This document shows positions 1 to 8,281 of a DNA stretch of 41,252 nucleotides, in pieces; within the stretch, counting starts at the first letter, position 1; each line of letters begins with the position of its first letter. A model generated the notes under the pieces. That model was not told where the DNA came from. It searched no databases and worked only from the letters and a program-made list of their open reading frames with translations. This DNA is from Chloroflexota bacterium. Its GTDB lineage: Bacteria; Chloroflexota; Anaerolineae; Anaerolineales; UBA11858. The translations under genes were made by a program, and so were the position numbers. The stretch lies in the NCBI GenBank assembly GCA_003648195.1, contig QMOK01000002.1, positions 1 to 41,252 of the forward strand, written 5' to 3'.

Positions 1-132
1 ACTACAAACAAGTTGCCCACTTTTTCACAGGCTTTCTGGTTGCTAGCGAGAACAAAAATCGAATATTTTGGAAGTGGCTCATGTATGAAAAATGTGCAAA
101 ACGATATGAATGTCGTCCTACGAAACCGTAAC

Positions 133-157
133 GCGATATTTATATCGCCTTTTGTTG
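133..157 (+). terminator. candidate intrinsic terminator of a + strand gene lying upstream of the window
   Basis: 7-bp inverted repeat gcgatat/atatcgc (133-148) followed by T-rich cttttgttg. Convergent with panB. Confidence 0.4.
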
Positions 158-254
158 CACACATTCAACAGATGAGTCTTTTTAGTTTAGTAGCTTTGTA
201 GCTGGATAGTCAAACTACTAAACTATTCAGCTAAGTAACTATCTAACTAACCAA

Positions 255-1109
255 CTAATCTATCAACTTCATCAATTCATCATACTCTTCGTCTTTCATG
301 GCAAACCAATTTTCGCGCTGCGGGAATGTTTTGTCTTTCACTTCGCTAACGTAATCTTCTAAACCTTTTAGTATTACCTCGCCCGCGTTGCCGAAGACTT
401 TAGCCATGCGTGGAGTAAAGTTGGGGTACAACCCAAACATGTCATGGTAAATCAATAACTGACCGTGAGCGTTAGGGCCAGAGCCTAGGCTCAGTATCAA
501 ACAATTTTCTGCCCGCTCGGTGATGATTTTACAAACCCGATCGGGAACCATTTCCAATAAGATGGCAAACGCGCCAGCCTCTTCAAGGGATTTGGCATCA
601 TCAATGATTTTCTTGGCTTGTTGCGCTCCCCGTCCCTGGACGCGGAATCCGCCTAGAGCGGCAACGCTCTGAGGGGTTAATCCGAGATGACCAACAACAG
701 GAATGCCAACCTCTTTAATAGCTTTTATGCGGTGAGCCATTTCTCCTCCACCTTCAAGTTTTATGGCATCACAGGATGCTTCAGCCATGAAACGCCCCGC
801 GCTGCGAATAGCACTCTCTGTGCTGGGCTGGTAGCTCATATAAGGCATATCGCCCACTAAGAAGGCAGTAGGGGCGCCGCGGCGAACAGCCTGAGTATGG
901 CGTATCATATCATCCATAGTGACGGGCAATGTGCCATCATACCCCAACATGGTCATACCTAAACTATCACCAACCAAAATCATGTCTATTCCTGCTTGCT
1001 CTTGAAAGGACGCCGTGGGATAGTCATAACAGGTTAACCATGAAATAGGTTCTCCTTTGGCGGCTTTGTTAAATAAAGTGCGAAGAGTTACTTTTTTGCG
1101 GTCAGACAT
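255..1109 (-). CDS. panB: 3-methyl-2-oxobutanoate hydroxymethyltransferase (ketopantoate hydroxymethyltransferase)
   Basis: 284-aa ORF with family-typical blocks (LTCYDYPTA, ILVGDSLGM, GDMPYMSY, IKLEGG, VVGHLGLTPQS). GGAGG lies 7 nt upstream of the ATG. Confidence 0.93.
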   Translation of the reverse strand: MSDRKKVTLRTLFNKAAKGEPISWLTCYDYPTASFQEQAGIDMILVGDSLGMTMLGYDGTLPVTMDDMIRHTQAVRRGAPTAFLVGDMPYMSYQPSTESAIRSAGRFMAEASCDAIKLEGGGEMAHRIKAIKEVGIPVVGHLGLTPQSVAALGGFRVQGRGAQQAKKIIDDAKSLEEAGAFAILLEMVPDRVCKIITERAENCLILSLGSGPNAHGQLLIYHDMFGLYPNFTPRMAKVFGNAGEVILKGLEDYVSEVKDKTFPQRENWFAMKDEEYDELMKLID

Positions 1110-1668
1110 TTTTGAACCTCCATAAATAAAAGTTGAGAGTAACTGTTCAGTTCATCTGGCAATGATTAATACGCTGGATGACATACAAAACCGAACCGAT
1201 TCGCCTAAAAACCTATGCTTCAGTTTTCGGTCTGTTTGAGCCAATTTCGCATCTCAGCTTAGAATTTCAATCTTAAGCGCAGGATGACTTAGCAGTTACC
1301 GTGGAAGAGAGGGTAGTAGTTTTTACCTGCTTCGATTCTATGAGATTATTATCAAAAGTTCAACTGAAGAATGTCCCTAAAAAGCAAAGGGGAAGCTGGC
1401 ATTTGCTCCTTTTTAAGAAGCAGCACAGTCTTACGGTCGATTTCTGCTCTGATATATTTCTGATATATCATTTCTCTTAAAGATTGTGACAAACATAACT
1501 TGCAAGGAATGCGTTTTTTGACAATAATAGGCTTGGTGTACCAGTATGGTATATTTCTCAATAAGTTAGGGAGACCTGGAAGTTAAATACTAAAATATTG
1601 AGATGATGTTTTGTAGTGGGGAAATTTTCTTTCTAAGAGATAGCCATATCTAAAAGGGAGTTGATTTT

Positions 1669-2550
1669 ATGACAGCTAAAACAATTGATGGTCGAGCAAT
1701 CGCAAAAGAAGTCCGAGCCGCGGTAGCCGCTGACGTAGCCGCTATGGTTGCAGAGGGGCACAAACCGCCAGGACTAGCTACAGTCTTAGTTGGTGAAAAT
1801 CCCGCATCACAGGTTTATGTACGAATGAAGCATAAAGCTTGTGAAAAAGCAGGCATTACCTCATTCCAACACACATTGCCAGCCACTGCCACTCAAGAAG
1901 AAGTAGAGGCTATGGTAAAAGAGTTGAACGCCAACCCAGAAGTTCACGGTATTTTAGTGCAATTGCCATTACCCAATGGCCTGGACGATGAGCGGGTTTT
2001 AAACTCAATTAGTATAGACAAAGATGTAGATGGGTTCCACCCCATCAACATTGGACGCCTCGCTCAAAAAGGGCGCGAACCCCAATTCATTCCCTGCACG
2101 CCACATGGTTGTATTCACCTTTTGAAAACTTCAGGCATTGAATTAGAAGGCGCTAACGCAGTTGTTCTGGGACGTTCCAATATTGTGGGTATGCCGGTTG
2201 CGCTCTTGTTGGTTGAGGAGAACGCCACAGTCACTATTTGCCATTCTCGTACCCGTAACCTTGCAGAAAAATGCCGCGAGGCAGATATTCTAATTGCCGC
2301 CGTGGGGCGTCCCGAAATGGTAAAGGCTGACTGGATTAAACCAGGCGCCGCGGTCATTGACGTAGGCGTGAATCGCATAGATGATCCTACCGCCGAGCGG
2401 GGATACCGTTTGGTGGGCGATGTCGCTTACGATGAGGCCAATGAAGTCGCCGGCTATTTGACCCCCGTCCCCGGAGGTGTTGGCCCCATGACTATTGCCA
2501 TGTTGCTTCGTAACACCGTCCGAGCCGCGAAAATTGCTTACGGGGGATAA
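1669..2550 (+). CDS. folD: bifunctional 5,10-methylene-THF dehydrogenase / 5,10-methenyl-THF cyclohydrolase
   Basis: 293 aa with FolD blocks ([50 protein letters not shown]). GGGAG RBS present. Confidence 0.95.
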   Translation: MTAKTIDGRAIAKEVRAAVAADVAAMVAEGHKPPGLATVLVGENPASQVYVRMKHKACEKAGITSFQHTLPATATQEEVEAMVKELNANPEVHGILVQLPLPNGLDDERVLNSISIDKDVDGFHPINIGRLAQKGREPQFIPCTPHGCIHLLKTSGIELEGANAVVLGRSNIVGMPVALLLVEENATVTICHSRTRNLAEKCREADILIAAVGRPEMVKADWIKPGAAVIDVGVNRIDDPTAERGYRLVGDVAYDEANEVAGYLTPVPGGVGPMTIAMLLRNTVRAAKIAYGG

Positions 2551-2602
2551 TTCTTATTAAACCGTTCTTTTTTAGATACTTTGAGTACAAGGAGTAAAAC
2601 AA

Positions 2603-4489
2603 ATGCCTATTGAAATTAAGCATCCCGTCCCTTCCGATATTGACATTGCTCATGCAGCCGAAAAGTTACCAATCACCGAAATAGCCAAAAGCGTTGGACT
2701 ATTGGAAGATGAGCTAGAGCTTTATGGCAAATACAAAGCCAAGGTTAAACTAGAAGTCTTGGATCGCCTGAAAGATGTCCCCAATGGAAAATACATTGAC
2801 GTGACCGCCATTACCCCAACGCCCTTGGGTGAGGGAAAAACAGTCACCACCATCGGCCTGAGCCAAGGACTGCACTACATTGGCAAAAAGGTCTTCACCT
2901 GCATTCGCCAACCATCACAAGGCCCAACCTTTGGTATCAAAGGCGGCGCTGCTGGCGGCGGATATGCCCAAGTCGTGCCTATGGAAGATTTCAACCTCCA
3001 CCTAACCGGCGACATTCACGCCGTGGGCGCGGCCCATAACCTATTGGCTGCCGCTATCGAAAACCGTATGGCAAAGGAAGCCCGCTGGAGTACCGATTTC
3101 CTAGCCAAAGCACTTTGCCCAGACAACGAATATACCGACTCCATGCGTAAACGACTAGACAAATTAGGCATCAAATCCGAAAAACCTTCTGACTTGAATG
3201 ACGCCGACAAAGAGCGCATGTTCCGCCTCAATATTGACCCTGATGCCATTCAATGGCGGCGCGTGGTAGATGTGTCTGATGCATCTCTGCGTAATATTAC
3301 CATCGGAAAAGGTGGCAAAGGCAATGGTCTGGTGCGTGAAAGTGGATACGACATCACCGTAGCCTCCGAGATTATGGCCGCGCTTGCTATGTGCACCGAT
3401 CTGGCAGACCTGCGCGAGCGTATGGGACGCATCATCATTGGTACCAGCAAAAAAGGCGGCAAGATGCACGCCGGGACAATTGAGCCGATCACGGCTGAAG
3501 ACTTGAATGTAGCCGGCGCAATGACCGTTTTGCTCAAGGACGCCATCAAACCTAACCTGATGCAGACCTTGCCCGGCAGCCCAGCCTTTGTACACTGTGG
3601 CCCATTTGCTAATATCGCTCAGGGCAATAGCTCCATCATCGCCGACAAAATTGCTCTCAAGCTGGCTGACTATGTAGTCACCGAGTCCGGCTTTGGCGCT
3701 GACTGCGGCATGGAAAAATTCATGAACCTCAAATGCCGCTATAGCGGTTTGGTTCCTGATTGTGTCGTGCTGGTCGCCACTATTCGCGCTCTAAAGATGC
3801 ACGGCGGCGGCCCCAAAGTTGTTGCCGGTAAACCCCTTGCCAAGGAATATACTGAAGAAAACTTAGAGTTACTTGAGGCTGGCTTACCCAACTTATTACA
3901 GCATATTGAGAACGCAACTAAGTTTGGTGTGCCAGTGGTGGTAGCCATCAACCGCTTCAAATACGACACCGATGCCGAGGTTGAGTTGATTCGTAAACGC
4001 GCTAAGGAAACAGGCGCCGAGGATGCGGTGATGCACTTCGTTTGGGCCAAAGGCGGCGAAGGCGGAGCAGACCTGGCTCGCGCAGTTGTCAAGGCTGTTG
4101 AAAAACCGAATAATTTCAAGTTCCTATACGATGACGATATGTCCATCAAGGAAAAAATTGAGACCGTTGCCCGTGAAATCTACCGCGCTGACGGGGTGGA
4201 CTACACACCCGAGGCAGAAGCCAAAATTAAACAATTCACCAAAATGGGTTTGAGCCACCTGCCCCTTTGTGTCGCCAAGACACATCTTTCGTTCTCTTCC
4301 GACCCCACGCTTAAGGGCACACCGCGTGGCTTCCGCATGCCTATCACAGACGTGCGTGCCAGTGTAGGCGCAGGCTTCATCTTCCCGCTTTGCGGCACAA
4401 TGAAGACTATGCCTGGCCTGCCCACTCGACCTGTTTTCACCGACATTGATATTGATGTAGAAACCGGTGAGGTTCTAGGATTATCATAA
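2603..4489 (+). CDS. fhs: formate--tetrahydrofolate ligase, long form with about 50-aa insertion
   Basis: 628 aa with FTHFS blocks (TPTPLGEGKT, GIKGGAAGGGYAQV, GPFANIAQGNSS, VTESGFGAD, AKTHLSFS). AAGGAG RBS present. Confidence 0.95.
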   Translation: MPIEIKHPVPSDIDIAHAAEKLPITEIAKSVGLLEDELELYGKYKAKVKLEVLDRLKDVPNGKYIDVTAITPTPLGEGKTVTTIGLSQGLHYIGKKVFTCIRQPSQGPTFGIKGGAAGGGYAQVVPMEDFNLHLTGDIHAVGAAHNLLAAAIENRMAKEARWSTDFLAKALCPDNEYTDSMRKRLDKLGIKSEKPSDLNDADKERMFRLNIDPDAIQWRRVVDVSDASLRNITIGKGGKGNGLVRESGYDITVASEIMAALAMCTDLADLRERMGRIIIGTSKKGGKMHAGTIEPITAEDLNVAGAMTVLLKDAIKPNLMQTLPGSPAFVHCGPFANIAQGNSSIIADKIALKLADYVVTESGFGADCGMEKFMNLKCRYSGLVPDCVVLVATIRALKMHGGGPKVVAGKPLAKEYTEENLELLEAGLPNLLQHIENATKFGVPVVVAINRFKYDTDAEVELIRKRAKETGAEDAVMHFVWAKGGEGGADLARAVVKAVEKPNNFKFLYDDDMSIKEKIETVAREIYRADGVDYTPEAEAKIKQFTKMGLSHLPLCVAKTHLSFSSDPTLKGTPRGFRMPITDVRASVGAGFIFPLCGTMKTMPGLPTRPVFTDIDIDVETGEVLGLS

Positions 4490-4511
4490 ACTTTCACTGA
4501 ACTAAAGTCTG

Positions 4512-4548
4512 GAAGGGTGATTATTGCCTCTGGCAGTGGTCACCCTTC
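4512..4548 (+). other. intercistronic hairpin between fhs and fdhD
   Basis: 9-bp inverted repeat gaagggtga / tcacccttc with a 19-nt loop. The loop contains the TTG at 4524. No T-run follows. Confidence 0.4.
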
Positions 4549-5366
4549 TTGCGAGTCTACAGAGTTCAAGCCCAATGATGAAAAAGCCAGGAACCATTCA
4601 ATCTCACAGATTCACATACCGGCATAAATGGCAACTTAGCGAGATAGAAATAATTGAAGAAAAGCTCATCACTATTTATGTTAATGGGCAAGAGTTAATT
4701 ACTTTGATGGGCTCCCCTCTCAATTTAGATTGGCTGGCTCTGGGTTTTCTTAAAAACGAGGGCTTAATTACAGGATTTGACGAGGTTGAACAGGTTAAAG
4801 TTACTCCCAATGGTTGTAGCGTTGAAGTGTGGTTGAAGCGCGATTTTGAAAAACCTGAGCATACGATCATTACCTCTGGGTGTGGCAGAGGCGTCACCTT
4901 TGAGAATCCCACCGTTGGGGTTGAACCGTTTCGCGACACCTTACGAATTGAACCAGAACTCCTTGGGATAGCCATCAATCATCTCCAATCCAAAGACAGC
5001 CTATACGCCCGTGCTCGCGGCGTCCACGCCGCAGGCTTACTGCATCCCAATGACAATCAATTACTCGCAGTTGCAGAAGATATTGGCCGCCACAACAGCA
5101 TTGACAAAGTCCATGGGGCTTGCTTGATTGAAGGAATTGAAACGCACGGGCAAATTCTCTTGACCACTGGGCGTATTTCCTCTGAAATGTTGCGAAAAGG
5201 AGCGTTAATGGGTTGCCCAATCATTGCCTCTCGCACCTCACCAACCTCACTCTCAGTGGATATGGCCCGCGCTTGGAATATTACCCTAGTTGGTTATGTC
5301 CGCAAGGACGGGGTACAAGTTTATACTAACCCTGAACGATTGGGGTACAATCTTATTGATGCGTGA
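4524..5366 (+). CDS. fdhD: formate dehydrogenase accessory sulfurtransferase FdhD
   Basis: FdhD-typical LITIYVNGQEL, VTPNGC, GRHNSIDKV, SRTSPTSL. The start is uncertain. TTG 4524 has AAGGGTGA upstream but lies inside the hairpin loop. ATG 4575 (MMKKPG...) gives a more typical 263-aa length. Confidence 0.85.
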   Translation: MPLAVVTLLASLQSSSPMMKKPGTIQSHRFTYRHKWQLSEIEIIEEKLITIYVNGQELITLMGSPLNLDWLALGFLKNEGLITGFDEVEQVKVTPNGCSVEVWLKRDFEKPEHTIITSGCGRGVTFENPTVGVEPFRDTLRIEPELLGIAINHLQSKDSLYARARGVHAAGLLHPNDNQLLAVAEDIGRHNSIDKVHGACLIEGIETHGQILLTTGRISSEMLRKGALMGCPIIASRTSPTSLSVDMARAWNITLVGYVRKDGVQVYTNPERLGYNLIDA

Positions 5367-5534
5367 TTATGTTGTCGGAAAAGAAGAATTTGTTCTTATA
5401 CATGTTTTTTAGCTTGTGAATTAACTGCATTGATCACAATAAAACGAGAAATAACTACTCAACCTTTCAAAAAATATCACTGCGAGCCGTTCTTGTTAAG
5501 CAATCTTCCTCTCTATTTCAGGGCAATCGCATAT

Positions 5535-5558
5535 AGACATGGAATTGATTCCATGTCT
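5535..5558. repeat. perfect 10-bp inverted repeat agacatggaa-ttga-ttccatgtct
   Basis: Read directly. Shares the central 10-mer gaattgattc with the palindrome at 5634-5655. Confidence 0.6.
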
Positions 5559-5585
5559 GCTACAAAAAACCTGCTCATGCAGGTT

Positions 5586-5630
5586 AAGTCAACTTCGCTT
5601 TGCGTGCCATTGGCAAGTTGACTTCTTTTG
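5586..5630 (+). terminator. terminator-like hairpin in the fdhD / fdh-operon spacer
   Basis: 10-bp inverted repeat aagtcaactt / aagttgactt (5586-5595 and 5615-5624) with a 19-nt loop, followed by cttttg. Confidence 0.4.
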
Positions 5631-5633
5631 GCA

Positions 5634-5655
5634 GATTTTGAATTGATTCAAAATC
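5634..5655. promoter_or_regulatory. 22-bp palindrome, candidate operator
   Basis: gattttgaat-tg-attcaaaatc with perfect 10-bp arms, about 175 nt upstream of the candidate promoter of the fdh operon. Confidence 0.35.
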
Positions 5656-5806
5656 ACTTTGGGTGTTCAAATACGTTTGCCCTGCCCTCTATTTATAGAA
5701 ATTGTTGCACCTGAAAAAACTAGCTCACAATAACAAGCCTAAGTAGTTTGACAACGAGAAAAGCACATTTCATCCAAAGCGCACCAGAACGAATAACATC
5801 CGTTAT

Positions 5807-5835
5807 TTGGCGCTGATGCATTCCCCGCTTATACT
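5807..5835 (+). promoter_or_regulatory. candidate sigma-70-type promoter of the fdh operon
   Basis: TTGGCG, 17 nt, TATACT. Lies 30 nt upstream of the ATG at 5865, which has an AAGGAG RBS. Confidence 0.3.
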
Positions 5836-5864
5836 CTCCATGACTATCTTATAAGGAGCGATTT

Positions 5865-6332
5865 ATGCATGCTACCTCCATAGATTTGACATTACTTGAT
5901 CCAATCCTTGAAGAATTTAAAGAACAAAAAGGCGCTGTGATACCCATCTTGCAGCGTGCTCAGGATGTGTATGGTTATCTTCCCAAAGAAGTGTTGTCCA
6001 CAATCTCTAAAAAAACAAAAGTCCCCATCAGTCGCTTATACGGCGTGGTTACATTCTATTCTCAATTTAATTTGGAACGCCAGGGACGCCACATTGTCCG
6101 TGTTTGCGATGGCACTGCCTGCCATGTGCGTGGCGCACCCCAACTTATTGAGGATATTGGAAATGCGCTTAACCTTAAACCTGGCAGCAGCGACCCAGAT
6201 TATAAATACACCCTTGAAATTGTGTATTGTCTAGGTTCATGCGGGCTAGCCCCAGTTGTTGTGGTAGATGACGTGGTTTATGGAAAAGTCAAATCAGAAG
6301 ATATAATAGAAAAGTTGAATGAACTAGATTGA
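5865..6332 (+). CDS. NuoE/HydC/FdsG-like thioredoxin-type [2Fe-2S] subunit
   Basis: 155 aa with Cys pattern CDGTAC...CLGSCGLAP typical of the 24-kDa (NuoE) family. First gene of the fdh operon. Confidence 0.88.
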   Translation: MHATSIDLTLLDPILEEFKEQKGAVIPILQRAQDVYGYLPKEVLSTISKKTKVPISRLYGVVTFYSQFNLERQGRHIVRVCDGTACHVRGAPQLIEDIGNALNLKPGSSDPDYKYTLEIVYCLGSCGLAPVVVVDDVVYGKVKSEDIIEKLNELD

Positions 6333-6350
6333 AGCGTGGAGGAAATTTTT

Positions 6351-8264
6351 ATGCCTATACTTAAGAATAGTGAAGACTTAATCTCCCTGCGCGCTTCCGC
6401 GCAAGAGAAACGTCAAAAAGATCGCGCTTCCGAAGCAACCATCTTTATTGGTATGGGAACCTGCGGAATCGCTGCTGGAGCATCTGAAGTAGCTGACGCA
6501 ATTCGCAAAGAACTGGATGAACGAAACCTAGATACCAAAGTGGTAAACGTTGGTTGTATTGGAATTTGTGTCAAAGAACCATTAGTAGACATCAAACTGC
6601 CGGGCAAAGCACGGGTCACTTATCATCATGTCAAGCCCAAAATGATTCCAAAGATCATTGAAGATCATTTGCTGAACGGAAAAGTTGTTAAGAGATGGGC
6701 ACTTGCCCAAATAAGCGATGAGAATGACACGCCGGTAGAAGGTGTAATTACTTACCAAGAGCACCCATTCTATAGCAAACAAATCCGCATTGCCCTGCGA
6801 AACTGCGGCATAATTGACCCTGAGAGCATTGAAGAATATATTGCTGCCGATGGATACCTTGCCTTAAACAAGGTCCTTTCCGAGACTGATTCCGAAGATG
6901 TCATCGAAGAGATGAAAGACTCGGGATTGCGCGGCCGCGGCGGAGCTGGATTCTTAACCGGCCTCAAGTGGGAATTCTGCATGAGAGCACGTGGTTACCC
7001 TAAATACGTCATCTGCAACGCCGATGAAGGCGACCCCGGAGCATTCATGGATCGCTCTATCCTAGAAGGTGACCCCCATGCCGTAATAGAAGGTATGATC
7101 ATTGCCAGTTACGCCATTGGTGCCCCCGAAGGTTATATCTACTGCCGAGCCGAGTACCCGCTGGCTATTAAGCGCCTTAAAAAAGCCATTGCCCAAGCTC
7201 ATGAGTACGGTTTATTAGGAGATAATATCCTTGGTTCAGATTTCTCCTTTGACCTAAAAGTCAAAGAAGGCGCAGGCGCATTCGTCTGTGGAGAAGAAAC
7301 CGCCCTAATCGCGTCCATTGAAGGTAAACGTGGTGAACCACGCCCCAGGCCACCCTATCCAGCCGTTTCTGGCCTGTGGGGTAAACCAACCAATGTCAAT
7401 AACGTTAAATCCTTTGCCATCACGCCCCAAATCATGCTCAAAGGCGCCGATTGGTTCAGCAGTATCGGCACATCCGGTTCAACCGGAACAGCCGTTTTCG
7501 CCCTAACCGGCAACATAGAAAACACCGGCCTAATTGAAGTTCCCATGGGTATCACCCTGCGCGAAATCATTTACGATGTCGGTGAAGGCATCCCAAATAA
7601 AAAGAATTTCAAAGCCGTGCAAACTGGCGGGCCTTTGGGAGGCTGCCTTCCCACTGCATCATTAGACACTCCAGTAGATTTCGATTCTCTCACGAAAGCG
7701 GGCGCCACCATGGGTTCTGGCGGAATGATCGTAGTAGACCAAGATACCTGCATGGTTGAGCTGGCCAGGTATTTCCTAACCTTTGCATCAGCGGAATCCT
7801 GTGGAAAATGCGTTCCCTGCCGCATTGGCGGACAACGGCTATTAGAAATACTGACGCGCATCACCGAAGGCCACGGCAAAATGGAAGATCTAGACGAGAT
7901 AGAATACATCTCTAAGTATATGCGTGAAGACTCACTCTGCGCTCTGGGACAATTGACCCCCGGCCCGGTCATGGCCTCCCTGCGTTTCTTTAGGGACGAA
8001 TACGAAGCTCACATCAAAGAGCATTTCTGCCCGGCTGGTGTTTGTCAAGGCATGTTTACTTACACAATTGACGAAGACAATTGTATTGGCTGCGGATTGT
8101 GCATGAAAGCCTGTCCTCAAAACGCAATTAGTGGCGAAAAGAAACAGCCGCACACCATAGACCAAAACCTATGTATTCAGTGCGGGGCATGTTATCAAGC
8201 CTGTAAAACTAACGTAATTGATATAACACGCCTACAAGAAACAACATCGGCTCAAGCAGCATAA
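6351..8264 (+). CDS. NuoF/HydB-like NAD(P)H-binding FMN iron-sulfur flavoprotein with C-terminal 2x[4Fe-4S] ferredoxin domain
   Basis: GRGGAGF (FMN), GEETALIASIEG, and ESCGKCVPCR (N3-type cluster). Two CxxCxxCxxxC(P) motifs at the C-terminus. N-terminal thioredoxin-like domain in which I see only three Cys. Start moved from GTG 6336 to ATG 6351, 7 nt behind GGAGGA. Confidence 0.9.
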   Translation: MPILKNSEDLISLRASAQEKRQKDRASEATIFIGMGTCGIAAGASEVADAIRKELDERNLDTKVVNVGCIGICVKEPLVDIKLPGKARVTYHHVKPKMIPKIIEDHLLNGKVVKRWALAQISDENDTPVEGVITYQEHPFYSKQIRIALRNCGIIDPESIEEYIAADGYLALNKVLSETDSEDVIEEMKDSGLRGRGGAGFLTGLKWEFCMRARGYPKYVICNADEGDPGAFMDRSILEGDPHAVIEGMIIASYAIGAPEGYIYCRAEYPLAIKRLKKAIAQAHEYGLLGDNILGSDFSFDLKVKEGAGAFVCGEETALIASIEGKRGEPRPRPPYPAVSGLWGKPTNVNNVKSFAITPQIMLKGADWFSSIGTSGSTGTAVFALTGNIENTGLIEVPMGITLREIIYDVGEGIPNKKNFKAVQTGGPLGGCLPTASLDTPVDFDSLTKAGATMGSGGMIVVDQDTCMVELARYFLTFASAESCGKCVPCRIGGQRLLEILTRITEGHGKMEDLDEIEYISKYMREDSLCALGQLTPGPVMASLRFFRDEYEAHIKEHFCPAGVCQGMFTYTIDEDNCIGCGLCMKACPQNAISGEKKQPHTIDQNLCIQCGACYQACKTNVIDITRLQETTSAQAA

Positions 8265-8281
8265 AAGGAGGCCATAAAACA

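Noticed and set aside
13-201. 62-aa ORF at the window start.
   Set aside because: It spans a terminator-like hairpin (133-157), has no RBS, and its sequence is non-protein-like.
244-256. Short exact matches between intergenic regions. A 13-mer at 244-256 matches the reverse complement of 19691-19703. A 12-mer aacacatcactt occurs at 34474-34485 and 35462-35473. A recurrent TTCGTAG heptamer is also present.
   Set aside because: In 41 kb, counting both orientations, roughly 25 chance 13-mer matches are expected (N squared over 4^13), and more for 12-mers. TTCGTAG also occurs inside genes (e.g. near 8630, 14515, 22265). Only the 26/31 hairpin repeat exceeds chance.
1352-1561. 69-aa basic ORF in the panB-folD divergent spacer.
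   Set aside because: No RBS upstream of the ATG (ccctaacttat). AT-rich with an odd composition and no recognisable family. More likely promoter or leader DNA for panB/folD. The 559-nt spacer itself remains unexplained.
1562-2602. ZTP (pfl) or THF riboswitch upstream of folD/fhs, and a Moco/Tuco riboswitch upstream of the fdh operon (5640-5864).
   Set aside because: These gene classes often carry such leaders. However, I cannot find the conserved cores (e.g. CCGCCUGGGC-type ZTP 3' element, or the CCUCCGAG-type Moco core) in the upstream sequences. A covariance-model scan would be the decisive test.
3164-3595. Long antisense or alternative-frame ORFs inside well-supported genes. Examples: 3016-3249, 3164-3595, 3739-4149, 7571-7972, 12518-13090, 14938-15447, 16813-17232, 21579-21995, 5956-6234.
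   Set aside because: Each lies wholly within a gene whose product is a full-length match to a known family. Their translations are low-complexity (Ala/Arg/Pro/Ser-rich) and have no RBS. This is the typical shadow-ORF pattern.
5430-5621. 63-aa TTG-initiated ORF in the fdhD / fdh-operon spacer.
   Set aside because: No RBS. It runs through two perfect inverted repeats and stops inside the third. The region is better explained as structured non-coding DNA or RNA.
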